Assembly (NCBI GenBank): GCA_014382365.1
Contig: JACNJW010000044.1
Location: forward strand, 7,368-71,367
DNA: 64,000 nucleotides
Origin: SAR324 cluster bacterium
Lineage (GTDB): Bacteria > SAR324 > NAC60-12
Direction: 5' to 3'
The notes under the pieces were generated by a model. That model worked only from the letters and a program-made list of their open reading frames with translations, had not been told where the DNA came from and searched no databases. This document shows, piece by piece, positions 30,152 to 41,501 of the stretch (position 1 is the first letter of the stretch; the number at the start of each line of letters is the position of its first letter). A program made the translations under genes and the position numbers.

Positions 30152-30718
30152 TTATTTAAATTTGGAATTTATATAGGCCAGCAAATCCGGGTTTGCCCAG
30201 TCCCGAACACCCAGAGCTCTGCCAATGACAACTCCATTCGGATCAATCAGGTAGGTTACAGGAATATTTCGAACACCATACAATTTGGTGATTTCCATTT
30301 TTGGATCAGCTACCAGTGGAAAGCTAAAACCGTATTTCTCAGCAAATTTACTGATTTTCTTCGTATCCTCGCCCATTCCTACCGCAAGCACAATCAGCTT
30401 GTCATGTCCCATTTGTTGATATGCCTTCTCAAAATCCGGCATTTCTTTGAGGCACGGTAAACACCAGGTGGCCCAAAAATTCAACATCACAAAGCGGCCC
30501 CGATAGTCTTCAAGTTTTACTGATTTGCCGTCGGCCAGTTCTGCTGAAAAATTTTGTGCCTCGATCCAGGATGTTGCAGGAGTTATACGCAGGCTTTTGA
30601 GTAATTTACGGTCTTCTTCTTCCAAAGTTGCAGATTTAGCATGTACAGGATATACAGCAAAAACCAACAGGCAGAGCAAAAGAAATAGTTGTAGCAAATT
30701 TTTTTTCGGCAGGCTCAT
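30152..30718 (-). CDS. TlpA/ResA-family periplasmic thiol:disulfide oxidoreductase
   Basis: Signal peptide plus FWATWCLPC (thioredoxin C-x2-C). Confidence 0.85.
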   Translation of the reverse strand: MSLPKKNLLQLFLLLCLLVFAVYPVHAKSATLEEEDRKLLKSLRITPATSWIEAQNFSAELADGKSVKLEDYRGRFVMLNFWATWCLPCLKEMPDFEKAYQQMGHDKLIVLAVGMGEDTKKISKFAEKYGFSFPLVADPKMEITKLYGVRNIPVTYLIDPNGVVIGRALGVRDWANPDLLAYINSKFK

Positions 30719-30841
30719 TGTATTTTTAAGAAGAAGTTCTATTTTTTTAGCAACAAAATTATTTCAATGTAGGGAGTTTTATTGTAATTCAAAACAAGAA
30801 TCTTCACAATCAACAACGACATCCTCAACAATTAAATACTG

Positions 30842-31912
30842 TCACAATATGGCGGCACCCGCCGGAGGCCAATTATAAATCACACGTACAAAATCCTGAT
30901 TTTCAACAAAACCTGATTGTCTCAATAATTCTGCAAATTCACTTTGACCAGCAGCATCTCCAATGGCCAGCACAATCAAGGCATCCCGAAACTGATTCAT
31001 GAATTCCGCAGGAGGCAATTTACTAAAACCCCGGGCCGGCAGGCCTTTCACTCGACGATCCGGCGGACCAGGACGATTATCCACAAAGCCGAGCAGAGTT
31101 ACTCCCCGCTTTTCAAAACTTTGTGCCGCCTGTCTGCCGGTAGGACCTGAACCTGCAATCAGCACTCCCCGACGGTTTTTGAGACGCCCAAACTCCAACA
31201 GGTAATGTATTTTTGCATCAAACATGGCAGGACGTTTATACATGGCTTCTATTCTTGAAAGGCGTCCGGGGGCAAAATATTTACGTACCAGTTTTTCAGG
31301 ATGTTTAGCCAATTTTGCTCCACTACCGTAGGCCCGCAAAATCAGGTCATAATCCTCTGCCCAGGGATGATCTGAGTATCCGCCAATTTTAGTAATCAAT
31401 TCCCGTGTTGCAAAAAAAGTTGGATGTACAATTGGAGATTCTGCAAAAATATCAGCTTCAATTTGAGTATGAGAAATCAATGAGTTGCTCCAGGATTGGT
31501 ATTGAACTGCACTTTCCGGTAGAGAACCTTTTTCAGTAAAACCATCTACTCTGCAGCCAATCAGCTCTATTTCAGAGTTTTTCTGCATAAATTCCAACTG
31601 CTTTCGGAGACGGCTTCTATCCATTCTGTCATCAACATCCATCCGGGCAATATAATCTCCCTGACACTCTGCCAATCCGGTGTTAAGTGCCGATACAATG
31701 CCTTGCGCAGATGTACGAATGATCCGGATTCTGCTATCATCTCGACTTGCTTTTTCCAGCACATGCGGAGTCTGATCTGTTGAACCGTCATCAATCACAA
31801 CCAACTCATAATTTGAAAGACTTTGGTTTTTAATGTCAGCAAGACAGTTCCGCAGCAAAGCAGCATCGTCCCGGACCGGCATCAGGATGGAAATTAGGGG
31901 TTTAGATTTCAA
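30842..31912 (-). CDS. Family-2 glycosyltransferase fused to a C-terminal Rossmann-like domain
   Basis: ISILMPVRDD...YELVVIDDGSTDQT...DVDD (GT2), then VLIAGSGPTGRQAAQSF...LLGFVDN. Confidence 0.7.
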   Translation of the reverse strand: MKSKPLISILMPVRDDAALLRNCLADIKNQSLSNYELVVIDDGSTDQTPHVLEKASRDDSRIRIIRTSAQGIVSALNTGLAECQGDYIARMDVDDRMDRSRLRKQLEFMQKNSEIELIGCRVDGFTEKGSLPESAVQYQSWSNSLISHTQIEADIFAESPIVHPTFFATRELITKIGGYSDHPWAEDYDLILRAYGSGAKLAKHPEKLVRKYFAPGRLSRIEAMYKRPAMFDAKIHYLLEFGRLKNRRGVLIAGSGPTGRQAAQSFEKRGVTLLGFVDNRPGPPDRRVKGLPARGFSKLPPAEFMNQFRDALIVLAIGDAAGQSEFAELLRQSGFVENQDFVRVIYNWPPAGAAIL

Positions 31913-31914
31913 AA

Positions 31915-33183
31915 TTAAGTACCAGAAAAATCTGTGGCAAGAAGAAGCTTCAGGATTTTATCGCGATTATTCTGGGACTGATTCAGCAAAATCACGAAAT
32001 ACAGCGGTTCTCTTGAGGGTAAAAAACCAGCCATACTGTAGATACCTCTAAGTGTACCGGTTTTAAATAAAATACCATCCCCTCCATGCAGCAAATCCTG
32101 ATATGGTTCAAAAGCCCTGAGTAAGCGCCAAACTGCTTCAGGAGTCAGGCGGTTTTTACGTGAGATTCCGGAACCTTCTGCAATGCGGAATTGTTGTTCA
32201 GGAATACCGAGTTTATCACGTAAATATTCTTCGAGAGCGCTTCTTCCTTTTTCCAGTGTAGCCGGCTCTCCGTAACGCTTTAAGCCAACGCTTAATAAAA
32301 GTTGATTTGCCGTAAAATTATTGGAGTAACGCATCATTCCTGCGATCACTTCAGTTAAGGCAGTAGTATTTTTGTGAGTGTAAATAAGCCTGTCTCCGGA
32401 GCTAATTTTACTAAGAGAAACTTTTCCGGAAGCAAAAGAAAAACCTGCCTCTGTTAAAAAAGCCTGTACAAGTTCTCCCGCATAAGTAGTTCCGGAATTT
32501 TTCGGGATACTGATTCGGTGTTTTCCGGCTGTCAAATTTTTCCCTAAACGCTGCGTAAATGGTGTCAGGGGAGTTTGCTTTTCTGCAGATGAGACAAAAC
32601 CCTGCTTGTCTACTTGCAGAAAAACTGTGTTGAAATTAAGCACCAGCGCACCGTTCTGTGCATCATAAGGATTTGTTGAAAATTCAATTCCCGGAATTTT
32701 TATTTTTGAACTGAAGAGTGAAGTATCAAAAAGTACTCGGTTCAACTGTTTTGGCAGTTCCGGAATTTGACCGAGATTTTGCGCGATTCTCAGCCATTCC
32801 TCTGATACAAGGAAAGGATCGCCGTAACCTTTGATAGCAAGCGTACGGTTTTCCGTCAAATAAAAATCCGTTCGGAAACGGAATTCCGGACCGAGATAAT
32901 GGAGAGCGACCAAGGCGGTTGCCAGCTTGAGTAATGAAGCCGGAACCAACTGCGGATTTGCCACAGCAGGAAATCGATAAAGAACATCTTGATCATCTGC
33001 GACCAAAACGCTGCCCTGACGTACCAGCAATTTTAGCTTAAAATCCAGTTCGCTTTGAGCTTGTTTTGCGGACGCAGAAACAGAAGATAAGAGAATAATA
33101 AATCCCAACGCAACCACTGCAAACAGTGTTTTCCCTTGCACAAGACGAGGCTTCTCATTAGGATGGATCATTGATTTTAACAA
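31915..33183 (-). CDS. PBP4-type D-alanyl-D-alanine carboxypeptidase/endopeptidase (peptidase S13)
   Basis: All three penicillin-binding motifs are present: PASLLKL (SxxK), YSNN (SxN) and KTGT (KTG). Signal peptide present. Confidence 0.75.
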   Translation of the reverse strand: MLKSMIHPNEKPRLVQGKTLFAVVALGFIILLSSVSASAKQAQSELDFKLKLLVRQGSVLVADDQDVLYRFPAVANPQLVPASLLKLATALVALHYLGPEFRFRTDFYLTENRTLAIKGYGDPFLVSEEWLRIAQNLGQIPELPKQLNRVLFDTSLFSSKIKIPGIEFSTNPYDAQNGALVLNFNTVFLQVDKQGFVSSAEKQTPLTPFTQRLGKNLTAGKHRISIPKNSGTTYAGELVQAFLTEAGFSFASGKVSLSKISSGDRLIYTHKNTTALTEVIAGMMRYSNNFTANQLLLSVGLKRYGEPATLEKGRSALEEYLRDKLGIPEQQFRIAEGSGISRKNRLTPEAVWRLLRAFEPYQDLLHGGDGILFKTGTLRGIYSMAGFLPSREPLYFVILLNQSQNNRDKILKLLLATDFSGT

Positions 33184-33209
33184 ATAATATTAATTTGAAA
33201 AAAGGCAGC

Positions 33210-34286
33210 ATGAGCACAAAAAAGATCCTCGTTACTCCCGGAGACGGAATTGGACCAGAAGTTTCGGAACAGGCCATTCAGGTTTTAAACACTATTGCAC
33301 CACGTTTTGGACTTCAACTCGAAATAACGGAAAAACCTGTAGGCGGAGCAGCTTACGATTTAACAGGCACGCCAATTCCGGATGAAACTCTCCAGGCAGC
33401 AAAAAATTCTGATGCAGTTCTGCTGGGTGCAGTCGGCGGACCCAAGTGGGAAGCGCTTGATTTTTCGGTACGTCCTGAACGCGGATTGTTGAAATTACGC
33501 TCCGAATTAGAATTGTACGCAAATTTGCGGCCTGCTGTAATATACGGTGATCTGGTCAACGCTTCAACACTTAAAGCAGAAGTTGTTGCAGGTGCAGACT
33601 TGATGGTAGTACGTGAACTGACCGGCGGCATTTATTTTGGAGAACCCCGTGGTGTAGAAGTTCGCAACGGTGAACGTGTAGGATTTAACACACTTGTTTA
33701 TTCGGAATCCGAAATTCGCCGTATTGCAAAAGTGGGTTTTGAAATTGCAATGAAGCGTGCTAAAAAATTGACTTCGGTGGATAAAGCAAATGTGCTCGAA
33801 TCAACTGAATTATGGCGCGAAGTTGTTACGGAAGTCGGTGTAGATTTTCCGGAAGTCGAATTGAGTCACATGTATGCGGACAATGCGGCAATGCAGATTA
33901 TCCGCAATCCTAAACAATTTGACACAATGGTAACAACGAATATGTTTGGTGACATTCTCAGCGATGCTGCTGCGATGATGACAGGTTCCCTGGGCATGCT
34001 GCCTTCTGCCAGTATCGGTGGTAACATTGGAATGTACGAACCGGTTCATGGTTCTGCACCAGACATTTCAGGTCAAGACAAAGCCAATCCACTGGCTATG
34101 ATCCTTTCGGTGGGTATGATGCTGCGTTATTCCTTTGACCTCGGTGAGGCCGACGAAATCATCAAACAAGCTGTCGTTAAAACTCTGGATACTTACCGTA
34201 CCGGCGACGTAATGGCTGAAGGAAAAACTCTCATCGGCTGTATCGAAATGGGTGAAAAAGTTCTCGAAGCACTGGAAGATTTTTAA
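33210..34286 (+). CDS. leuB: 3-isopropylmalate dehydrogenase
   Basis: [23 protein letters not shown] and NMFGDILSD. Start re-picked at MSTKKI. Confidence 0.9.
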   Translation: MSTKKILVTPGDGIGPEVSEQAIQVLNTIAPRFGLQLEITEKPVGGAAYDLTGTPIPDETLQAAKNSDAVLLGAVGGPKWEALDFSVRPERGLLKLRSELELYANLRPAVIYGDLVNASTLKAEVVAGADLMVVRELTGGIYFGEPRGVEVRNGERVGFNTLVYSESEIRRIAKVGFEIAMKRAKKLTSVDKANVLESTELWREVVTEVGVDFPEVELSHMYADNAAMQIIRNPKQFDTMVTTNMFGDILSDAAAMMTGSLGMLPSASIGGNIGMYEPVHGSAPDISGQDKANPLAMILSVGMMLRYSFDLGEADEIIKQAVVKTLDTYRTGDVMAEGKTLIGCIEMGEKVLEALEDF

Positions 34287-34307
34287 GCAGTACCGAAAGC
34301 AGCAAAA

Positions 34308-34685
34308 TCAACCGTCTGCGTTTTCTTCACGATTCACCAAATCCGGAGAAAATGCAGGAACGCAGACAGACCAGTATTCCGCTTCTTCTTCAAACGGATT
34401 GGAATAACGCACCCTCGCACCCTTGCGTACCAGCAAAGATTCTCCTACTTTAAGCGTTACTGTTTCTCCATCAATTTCAATTTGTTTGCGTCCGCGGACA
34501 AGCATCGTGTATTCATCAAATTCCGGAGTTTGAAAAGGTTCACTCCAGCCTGAAGGCGCAACCATGTGCGCGATGCTGAGTCCAGGTTCATTACTGATCA
34601 CCCGCCCAACATGCTCCTCAATTAGTTTGCCATCTGTTGTTGGTACCACAAACGGTGCTTGCTGGATAACATAGGAACTACTCAT
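34308..34685 (-). CDS. Cupin-domain protein
   Basis: 125 aa with a beta-barrel-type pattern (EYTMLVRGRKQIEIDGETVTLKVGESLLV). Confidence 0.55.
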   Translation of the reverse strand: MSSSYVIQQAPFVVPTTDGKLIEEHVGRVISNEPGLSIAHMVAPSGWSEPFQTPEFDEYTMLVRGRKQIEIDGETVTLKVGESLLVRKGARVRYSNPFEEEAEYWSVCVPAFSPDLVNREENADG

Positions 34686-34746
34686 ATTATTCTTTCTTGT
34701 TAAAAGTTATTTATTAAATGGAAAGTGGAAAATCTTGCTGAGATTC

Positions 34747-35271
34747 TCAGTTTTTCTCAACCTTGAGGATTGTTTCAATATTTCTTGCTCTCAAGACAAA
34801 TGCCAGCTTTTTTTCCCACCAGTTAATTCCTTTAAGTTTAATTATGGCTTGGGGCACAACGGTTAATGCACTTTTGCCAAAACTTATTTTTGTCTGAAGG
34901 TGAGTAAAGTGCGAGACCTGTGACTGCAAATAGGAATCGGTCATTATCGAGTGCCATTCACTTGAAAGATGCCAGCGGTGAGTCGGATCTGAATATGAAT
35001 CGATGGATGAAAAATGCGGAGTCGCTACATGAACGGTTGCTCCATTTTTTGCAATACGGTGCACTTCATTCATGAAGTCCGGAATAGAGGCAACGTGTTC
35101 GATAACATGACTTGCATAAATAGTTTCAAAATGGTCTGCAGGCAAATCCCAGGGTACATTGTTCAGATCCAGAACCTGATCTACTTCCGGATACTGAAAA
35201 ATATCAACACCCCATGAATTTTCTACTTTTGAGGGGCCGCAACCAATATCTAGTATTGTTAAAACCATCAC
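34747..35271 (-). CDS. Class I SAM-dependent methyltransferase
   Basis: ILDIGCGPS (motif I) and ASHVIEHV. Confidence 0.7.
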   Translation of the reverse strand: MMVLTILDIGCGPSKVENSWGVDIFQYPEVDQVLDLNNVPWDLPADHFETIYASHVIEHVASIPDFMNEVHRIAKNGATVHVATPHFSSIDSYSDPTHRWHLSSEWHSIMTDSYLQSQVSHFTHLQTKISFGKSALTVVPQAIIKLKGINWWEKKLAFVLRARNIETILKVEKN

Positions 35272-35359
35272 TTCCTGATCTAAAATATTAACAATGACCT
35301 GAACAATTTTCTACTATTGTAAAATTGCTAAATTATTGAATAATAGCCCCAACGCCTAT

Positions 35360-36427
35360 TTATAATAGCCTATTGTAGACATCCAATGTTGAAGCTGAAC
35401 ATTTTTCCCAAGTATAACCTTGGGCATATTCAATAGCATCCGTAGAAAAATATTTCTTTGAATTAATGAGTTTTTTCATTCCATCTGCTATTGACTCGAT
35501 ATCCAGTGGGCTACAAGTTATCACATATTTTCTACCCACTTCCGGAGAAGCACCATAATCAGAAACTAACACTGGCGTACCGCATGCCATTGATTCTAAT
35601 ATTGGGAAACCAAATCCCTCCAACAAAGTGGGAAAGACAAGGCCTATTGCTCCACTGTAGAGTGCTGGTAAATCTTCATCATCAACATAGCCTATTTGAA
35701 AAACTGATTTTTCTACACCCAGTTTTCGAATTACCTCCAGTGTTTTTTCGCCATCATAGGATATTTCTCCTGCTAAAACTAAGGGCACACCGCTCTCACG
35801 AACGATTTCAGCATGAGCACAAACCATTCGTTCTGTGTTCTTCCTTGCAGATATTCCACCGACAAACAAGAGGTAATCTTCTGGAAGAGCATACTTGGCT
35901 TTTAATTCAATAACACATTGTTTTGAAGTGGGTTTGAATTTTGGTTCTATTCCAAGATAGGTGACAAATATCTTGTCCATTGAAACACCAAGTCTCTTAC
36001 TGATATCTTGCCGAGAATACTCACTTATCGTAATCACTGCATCACTATTCCGGGCAGCATCCTTAAATTGTTTTTGCTTTTTTACTATAAAATGATCAGA
36101 TGCAATTCGATTTTCAGTCTCATGAAATATCAACAAATCATGAATCGATGTCACTGTAACTTTGCTTCGTATGGGATATCGCCTACCGTCCAAGCCATGG
36201 ACTATATCATATTTTTCCAGTGGCCATAATTTACCCATGTAATCCACAGAATTATCCAAAACAAAATCTGGAAGCTTTTCTTTGTTTTTTTTGAAATATT
36301 TTTGTAGATATTTAAAATTATAATTTGAATAATTTCTTTCATATTGCTCCATCAGCCGCAACATGTACCTCGAAATTCCACTTAAATTTTTATTCGAATA
36401 TGAACTGACTTCGAGAGCAATTTTCAT
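35360..36427 (-). CDS. GT4 (GT-B fold) glycosyltransferase
   Basis: C-terminal FPTLLEGFGFPILESMACGTPV (E-x7-E region). Confidence 0.8.
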   Translation of the reverse strand: MKIALEVSSYSNKNLSGISRYMLRLMEQYERNYSNYNFKYLQKYFKKNKEKLPDFVLDNSVDYMGKLWPLEKYDIVHGLDGRRYPIRSKVTVTSIHDLLIFHETENRIASDHFIVKKQKQFKDAARNSDAVITISEYSRQDISKRLGVSMDKIFVTYLGIEPKFKPTSKQCVIELKAKYALPEDYLLFVGGISARKNTERMVCAHAEIVRESGVPLVLAGEISYDGEKTLEVIRKLGVEKSVFQIGYVDDEDLPALYSGAIGLVFPTLLEGFGFPILESMACGTPVLVSDYGASPEVGRKYVITCSPLDIESIADGMKKLINSKKYFSTDAIEYAQGYTWEKCSASTLDVYNRLL

Positions 36428-36436
36428 TTATCTTTT

Positions 36437-38233
36437 TTAACATTCTATCTGCGCTTTAAGTTCAACAGAGCCTGTTTCATTCGAGTTATCCTGAAACTGC
36501 ATTTCATAAAGTTGCTGGTATCGTCCTCCGTTTGCGAGCAAATCATCATTGGTCCCATGTTCAACTATTTCACCATTCTCCATCACACAAATACGGTCTG
36601 CATTGCGGATTGTCGAAAGCCGATGTGCAATTACAATGGTTGTGCGGTTCTCCATTAAATGCTCAATCGCCTGCTGTACCTCAATTTCGGATTCAGAATC
36701 CAGTGCGGAAGTTGCTTCATCCAGGATAAGAATTGGTGCATCTTTGACCAAAGCACGTGCAATAGAAAGTCGCTGACGTTGACCACCTGAGAGCCTTGCT
36801 CCTTTTTCACCAATTATTGTTTCGTATCCTTGAGGCTGAGCTGAAATAAATTTATGTGCATTTGCAGCCTGTGCTGCTGCATACATTTTTTCTTTTGAAC
36901 AGTCCGGCTGTCCATAAGTTATGTTACTGGCAATCGTATCATTAAAAAGAATTGTATCCTGAGTCACAATCGCAATCAATTTTCTCAAAGATCCTAATTC
37001 CAAATCACGTAGATCGTGTCCGTCAATACTGACTTCGCCACGTGTAATATCATAAAAACGGGGAATCAAATTAGCAATCGTAGTTTTGCCTGCTCCACTG
37101 CTGCCGACCAGGGCTACTGCTTCACCTTTTTCAACAGTTAAACGGAAATCTTTAACTGCCGGCTCATCCTGATCGGGATAGTGGAAAGCTTTAATATTAA
37201 GATTAATTTCCTGCTTAAACTCAGTTATTTTTAGTGCACCGGGAGAAATCACGATATCATCTTTAACATCAAGAATATTAAAAATTCTGTGCACTGCAGC
37301 AAATCCTTCCTGAAGTTTTAAATTGAAGCCATTCAGTTTTTTCACCGGTTCATTCAACATGAAAAAACTAATCACAAATGAGGTAAAATCTCCTGCAGTT
37401 ATTAAACCGTTAATAATCAGGTAGCCGCCGTAAGCCACAATACCTGCACCTGCTGCTGCACCAATGATTTCGATAACCGGATATGAGTACGAATCAATCA
37501 TAATCGAACGCATATGATTTTTGTATAGATCGTCGTTTGCCTTTTTAAAACGCTGACTTTCGTATTTTTCCATGCCGAAGGCCTTTACCACACGAACTCC
37601 GCTGATTGTCTCCACCAACAGGCTGCTCAGGTCTCCAAAACTAATTTGTCTTTTACTTACGGCTATTTTGTTACGTTGTCCAAAGATTTGAATAAAAAAG
37701 ATGGCAACCGGAATGATAATCATGGTCACCAAAGCCAACTGCCAGCTGCGGTAAAACATGATACCCAGCAACAGAAAAAATTGCGGAATGTCGCGAAAAG
37801 GTCCTGTGACTCCAACCTGCAGCATGTTTTGAAAGACATGCAAATCGTTGGTGAAACGGGAAATAAGGTCTCCGGTTTTGGAGCGGTTGAAAAAGGTGAG
37901 CGATAAATTTACAAGGTGGTCAAAAAGCTGCTGCCTGAGTTTTACAATGAGACTCTGGACCAGATGGCCAACGCTGTAATTGTGACCAAAAAAGAACAAA
38001 CCTTTGAGGGCAAAAACTATCATCATCCCCAGACCAACTAGAAAATACTGTGTTAGTTCAGGATTGTCGCCATAGGCAATAGTATCTACGATATCTTTGG
38101 CATAATAGGCAGGAGCTGCAGTAAAAATGTTGTAGCCCACCATGCAGGCGATGCTGAAAAACACCCAGCCCTTGAGTGGAGCAATGAGATCATACAGCCG
38201 CCAGGCAATGTGTCGGGATTGTTCATCCTTCAT
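36437..38233 (-). CDS. ABC exporter, fused TMD-NBD (MsbA-like lipid/glycolipid flippase family)
   Basis: Six-TM N-terminal domain. GSSGAGKTT, LSGGQRQRLSIARA and ILILDEATSALD. Confidence 0.8.
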   Translation of the reverse strand: MKDEQSRHIAWRLYDLIAPLKGWVFFSIACMVGYNIFTAAPAYYAKDIVDTIAYGDNPELTQYFLVGLGMMIVFALKGLFFFGHNYSVGHLVQSLIVKLRQQLFDHLVNLSLTFFNRSKTGDLISRFTNDLHVFQNMLQVGVTGPFRDIPQFFLLLGIMFYRSWQLALVTMIIIPVAIFFIQIFGQRNKIAVSKRQISFGDLSSLLVETISGVRVVKAFGMEKYESQRFKKANDDLYKNHMRSIMIDSYSYPVIEIIGAAAGAGIVAYGGYLIINGLITAGDFTSFVISFFMLNEPVKKLNGFNLKLQEGFAAVHRIFNILDVKDDIVISPGALKITEFKQEINLNIKAFHYPDQDEPAVKDFRLTVEKGEAVALVGSSGAGKTTIANLIPRFYDITRGEVSIDGHDLRDLELGSLRKLIAIVTQDTILFNDTIASNITYGQPDCSKEKMYAAAQAANAHKFISAQPQGYETIIGEKGARLSGGQRQRLSIARALVKDAPILILDEATSALDSESEIEVQQAIEHLMENRTTIVIAHRLSTIRNADRICVMENGEIVEHGTNDDLLANGGRYQQLYEMQFQDNSNETGSVELKAQIEC

Positions 38234-38276
38234 AGCAGAAAGCCCTCTTTAATGATTTTGGAAACAGACACTTAAG

Positions 38277-39719
38277 TTATTTGTTGTCTGTCATTTCCCA
38301 AGTTGTTCCTTCCGGAGAATCCCTGAAAACAATGCCAATTTTTTGAAGACGGTCACGTACCAGGTCTGCACTCTCAAAATCTTTATTTTTACGGAAGTCT
38401 GCACGCAGTTCTATCAGAACCTGCAGCACTTCATTCATGCGAAGATCGGGCCGGACATCTTCCAGCTCAGCCGGAATTATTCCCAGTACATCTCCACCCA
38501 GAGTGGAAAATAAATGATCTGCATCAGCAATTGCTTCAGGATCAGGTTTCTTTTCAGCTAAGAGGGTGTTAACTTCACGGCTTAAATCGAAGAGTGCCGC
38601 AAAGGCCTGTGGTGTTGAAAAATCATCATCCATTGCCAGTCGGAACCGTCTGCGGAATTCTTCAAAATATTTTCCGGAAGGAGTTACACCAGCTTCTTTG
38701 CATTCCCGAAGATTCCTGACAGTCTGCTGCAGGCGTTTCAAGGAAATTTCTGCTGCAGCCAGTGCATTTTCACTGAAATCCACAACAGAGCGATAATGAC
38801 TTGCTGCAATAAAATAACGTACAGTCAACGGATCATACTGCTCAAAAACATCAAACAGCGTTACAAAATTTCCACTGGATTTACTCATTTTTTGACCATT
38901 TATGGTCAGCATATTCGTGTGCATCCAGTTTCGTGCAAACGGTTTTTTAAGTCCTCTGGCCTGTGCGATTTCACATTCATGATGCGGAAATTTGAGATCC
39001 ATCCCACCTCCGTGAATATCAAACTCAGCACCAAGATAACGGGTACTCATTACAACACATTCAGTGTGCCAGCCGGGATATCCCCAACCGCTGAAGGAGT
39101 CCCGCCAGCGCATCAGGTGTCCGGGTTCTGCACGTTTCCAAAGTGCAAAATCACCGGGATGACGTTTTTCTGCACGAACCTTGACCCTGGCACCTCCCTG
39201 CATCTCTTCAACTTTCCTGTTTGAAAGTTCACCGTACTTGGGGTCTTTGCTGATTTCAAAATATACTGAACCATTTGATTCATAAGCCAGACCCTGTTCC
39301 AGCAAGTTTTCAATGGCTTCCAGTTGTTCCGGAATATGACCTGTTGCTCTGGGGCTGATATCCGGACGAATCACATCCAGTCGGTCCATTGCTTCAAAAT
39401 GTCTGCGTGCAAAACTTTCTGCAACTGCCATTGGCTCCTGTTCCAGTTCGCGGGCACGTTTCAACATCTTGTCCTCTCCTTCATCTCCATCTCCCAGCAG
39501 ATGGCCCACATCCGTTATATTTTGCACATAAAATGTTTTGAGACCACTATAGCGCAGGTAACGTAAAACAACGTCAAAACTGACATAGGCTTTTGCATGT
39601 CCAAGGTGACTGTCACCATAAACAGTGGGACCACAAACGTAAAGGGAGGCCTGGCCCTCATGAACCGGATTAAAAGGTTCTTTTTGACCAGTGAGAGTGT
39701 TGTAAATTTTAAGAGGCAT
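38277..39719 (-). CDS. cysS: Cysteine--tRNA ligase
   Basis: [14 protein letters not shown] (HIGH), KMSKSSGN (KMSKS) and zinc-site Cys/His context. Confidence 0.95.
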   Translation of the reverse strand: MPLKIYNTLTGQKEPFNPVHEGQASLYVCGPTVYGDSHLGHAKAYVSFDVVLRYLRYSGLKTFYVQNITDVGHLLGDGDEGEDKMLKRARELEQEPMAVAESFARRHFEAMDRLDVIRPDISPRATGHIPEQLEAIENLLEQGLAYESNGSVYFEISKDPKYGELSNRKVEEMQGGARVKVRAEKRHPGDFALWKRAEPGHLMRWRDSFSGWGYPGWHTECVVMSTRYLGAEFDIHGGGMDLKFPHHECEIAQARGLKKPFARNWMHTNMLTINGQKMSKSSGNFVTLFDVFEQYDPLTVRYFIAASHYRSVVDFSENALAAAEISLKRLQQTVRNLRECKEAGVTPSGKYFEEFRRRFRLAMDDDFSTPQAFAALFDLSREVNTLLAEKKPDPEAIADADHLFSTLGGDVLGIIPAELEDVRPDLRMNEVLQVLIELRADFRKNKDFESADLVRDRLQKIGIVFRDSPEGTTWEMTDNK

Positions 39720-39732
39720 ATTTGTTAGTCAA

Positions 39733-41298
39733 TCATTCAGCTAAATCCCAAAAAAGGAATTTTGCTAAACCCGAACTTTCTGCTTCTGTTTGTGCAAAAC
39801 GAGGTTCCTGAGATTTAACCAGTTCAATGTAATGGTTAATACTGACTTCGATCCGCTCAAAGAATGGTTGTGGATAGACTCCCAGGAAAATAGTCCAGAA
39901 GACAAGAGGAACTAGAACAACGACTTCCCGGAGAGAGAAGTCTTTGAGATTCTTAACAAGGTCTTTGGTCAGCGGTCCAAAAAGAACACGTTGTACCATC
40001 CAAAGCATATAAATCGCAGCAATGACTACACCGGATGCAGCAAGAATTCCGTACCAGATATTCACTCTGGCAGCACCAATCATTGTCAAAACTTCGCCGA
40101 CAAATCCATTCAGTCCCGGAAGACCAACAGAAGCCATAGAAAAGAAAACGAGGAAAACTGCAAATTTGGGCATGGTGTGCGCGACTCCGCCATATTCAGA
40201 TATTTCCTGAGTATGTGTCCGCTCATAAATCATACCCACCGTAAGGAACAGGGCTCCGGTGACAATTGCATGGTTTATCATTTGAATCCAGCTTCCCGAG
40301 AGCCCCTGAATGTTGAGTGCAAATAATCCAAGTACAATATAACCCATATGTGCAACAGAAGAGTAGGCAATCAGGCGTTTAATTTGCGGCTGCACCATGG
40401 CCACCAAACCACCATAGATTATTCCAATCAAAGCCAGTGTCATAAAAACTGGTGTCAACTCAAAAACTGCTGCCGGAAATATCGGCATTGCAAATCGTAA
40501 AAAACCGTACGGACCAAATTTCAACATTACTGCAGCCAACTGGACTGAGCCCGCAGTCGGTGCCTCATAGTGTGCATCCGGAAGCCAGGTGTGCAGAGGA
40601 AAGAGTGGAATTTTAACGGCAAATGCTACTGCAAATCCAAGAAAGAGCCAGAATTGCGTCTCGGGTGGAATCTGCATACCATACCAGTCAAGCACATCGA
40701 ATGACCATGCGCCATTCAGATCCAGATAAATGTTTGCTGTATAGAGCAACGAAATCAGCATCAAAAGTGAACCCAGCATCGTGTAAATGAAAAACTTGAT
40801 GGTGGCATAGAGCCGGTTTGAACCACCCCATATTCCGATTAACAAATACATTGGAACCAGCATCACCTCAAAAAAGACATAAAACAAAACTACGTCCATT
40901 GCCGCAAAACAACCTAGCATGCCGATTTGCAGCAGCAGCATTTGTATCTGAAACTGCCAGTTGCGCTTCTCAACATTCCATGAACCGAGCAGGGCCAGTG
41001 GTGTAATGAAACTGATAATTAGGAAAAAGAACAGATTAAGTCCGTCGAGTCCCAGAAAATACTCAATGTTGAACTGTGTGATCCATGGGAGCCGTTCCAC
41101 CATTTGCAGGTCTGCAGTACTGGAATCAAAATAAAACCAGAGGTGTAGACTCAAAAAAAACGTGATTCCACTGCTAAAAAGTGCAGCAATTCTGGCTGGA
41201 ATTCCATTACCTTCATCACGGAAAATACCTGCCAGGGCAATGCCCACTATTGGTGAAAAAATTATTAGCGAGAGAATTGGAAGTGCTGAAGTGTCCAT
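39733..41298 (-). CDS. nuoM: NuoM/NdhD-type proton-translocating antiporter-like subunit (PF00361-type), with no other nuo genes nearby
   Basis: GLDGLNLFF, FEVMLVPMYLLIGIWGG.NRLYATIKFFIYT..GS and HTWLPDAH. 13 nt upstream of cysS. Confidence 0.7.
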   Translation of the reverse strand: MDTSALPILSLIIFSPIVGIALAGIFRDEGNGIPARIAALFSSGITFFLSLHLWFYFDSSTADLQMVERLPWITQFNIEYFLGLDGLNLFFFLIISFITPLALLGSWNVEKRNWQFQIQMLLLQIGMLGCFAAMDVVLFYVFFEVMLVPMYLLIGIWGGSNRLYATIKFFIYTMLGSLLMLISLLYTANIYLDLNGAWSFDVLDWYGMQIPPETQFWLFLGFAVAFAVKIPLFPLHTWLPDAHYEAPTAGSVQLAAVMLKFGPYGFLRFAMPIFPAAVFELTPVFMTLALIGIIYGGLVAMVQPQIKRLIAYSSVAHMGYIVLGLFALNIQGLSGSWIQMINHAIVTGALFLTVGMIYERTHTQEISEYGGVAHTMPKFAVFLVFFSMASVGLPGLNGFVGEVLTMIGAARVNIWYGILAASGVVIAAIYMLWMVQRVLFGPLTKDLVKNLKDFSLREVVVLVPLVFWTIFLGVYPQPFFERIEVSINHYIELVKSQEPRFAQTEAESSGLAKFLFWDLAE

Positions 41299-41501
41299 CT
41301 GAATTAGTCGGAAATGATTGAGGTACCTGTGTTAAATAAAGACGGCTTGCTGCAGTGCAGTACAAAAACATTCCGTTTTATGAAAATGTTAAGCCGTTTT
41401 GATCGTGATCTATAAAATAAATCTACGTTTAAAACTAAGATAATTAGCCACTTAAAGCAAGTTCAATCTGAGCTAAAGCAACAATAATTTAAGTGGAAAC
41501 A

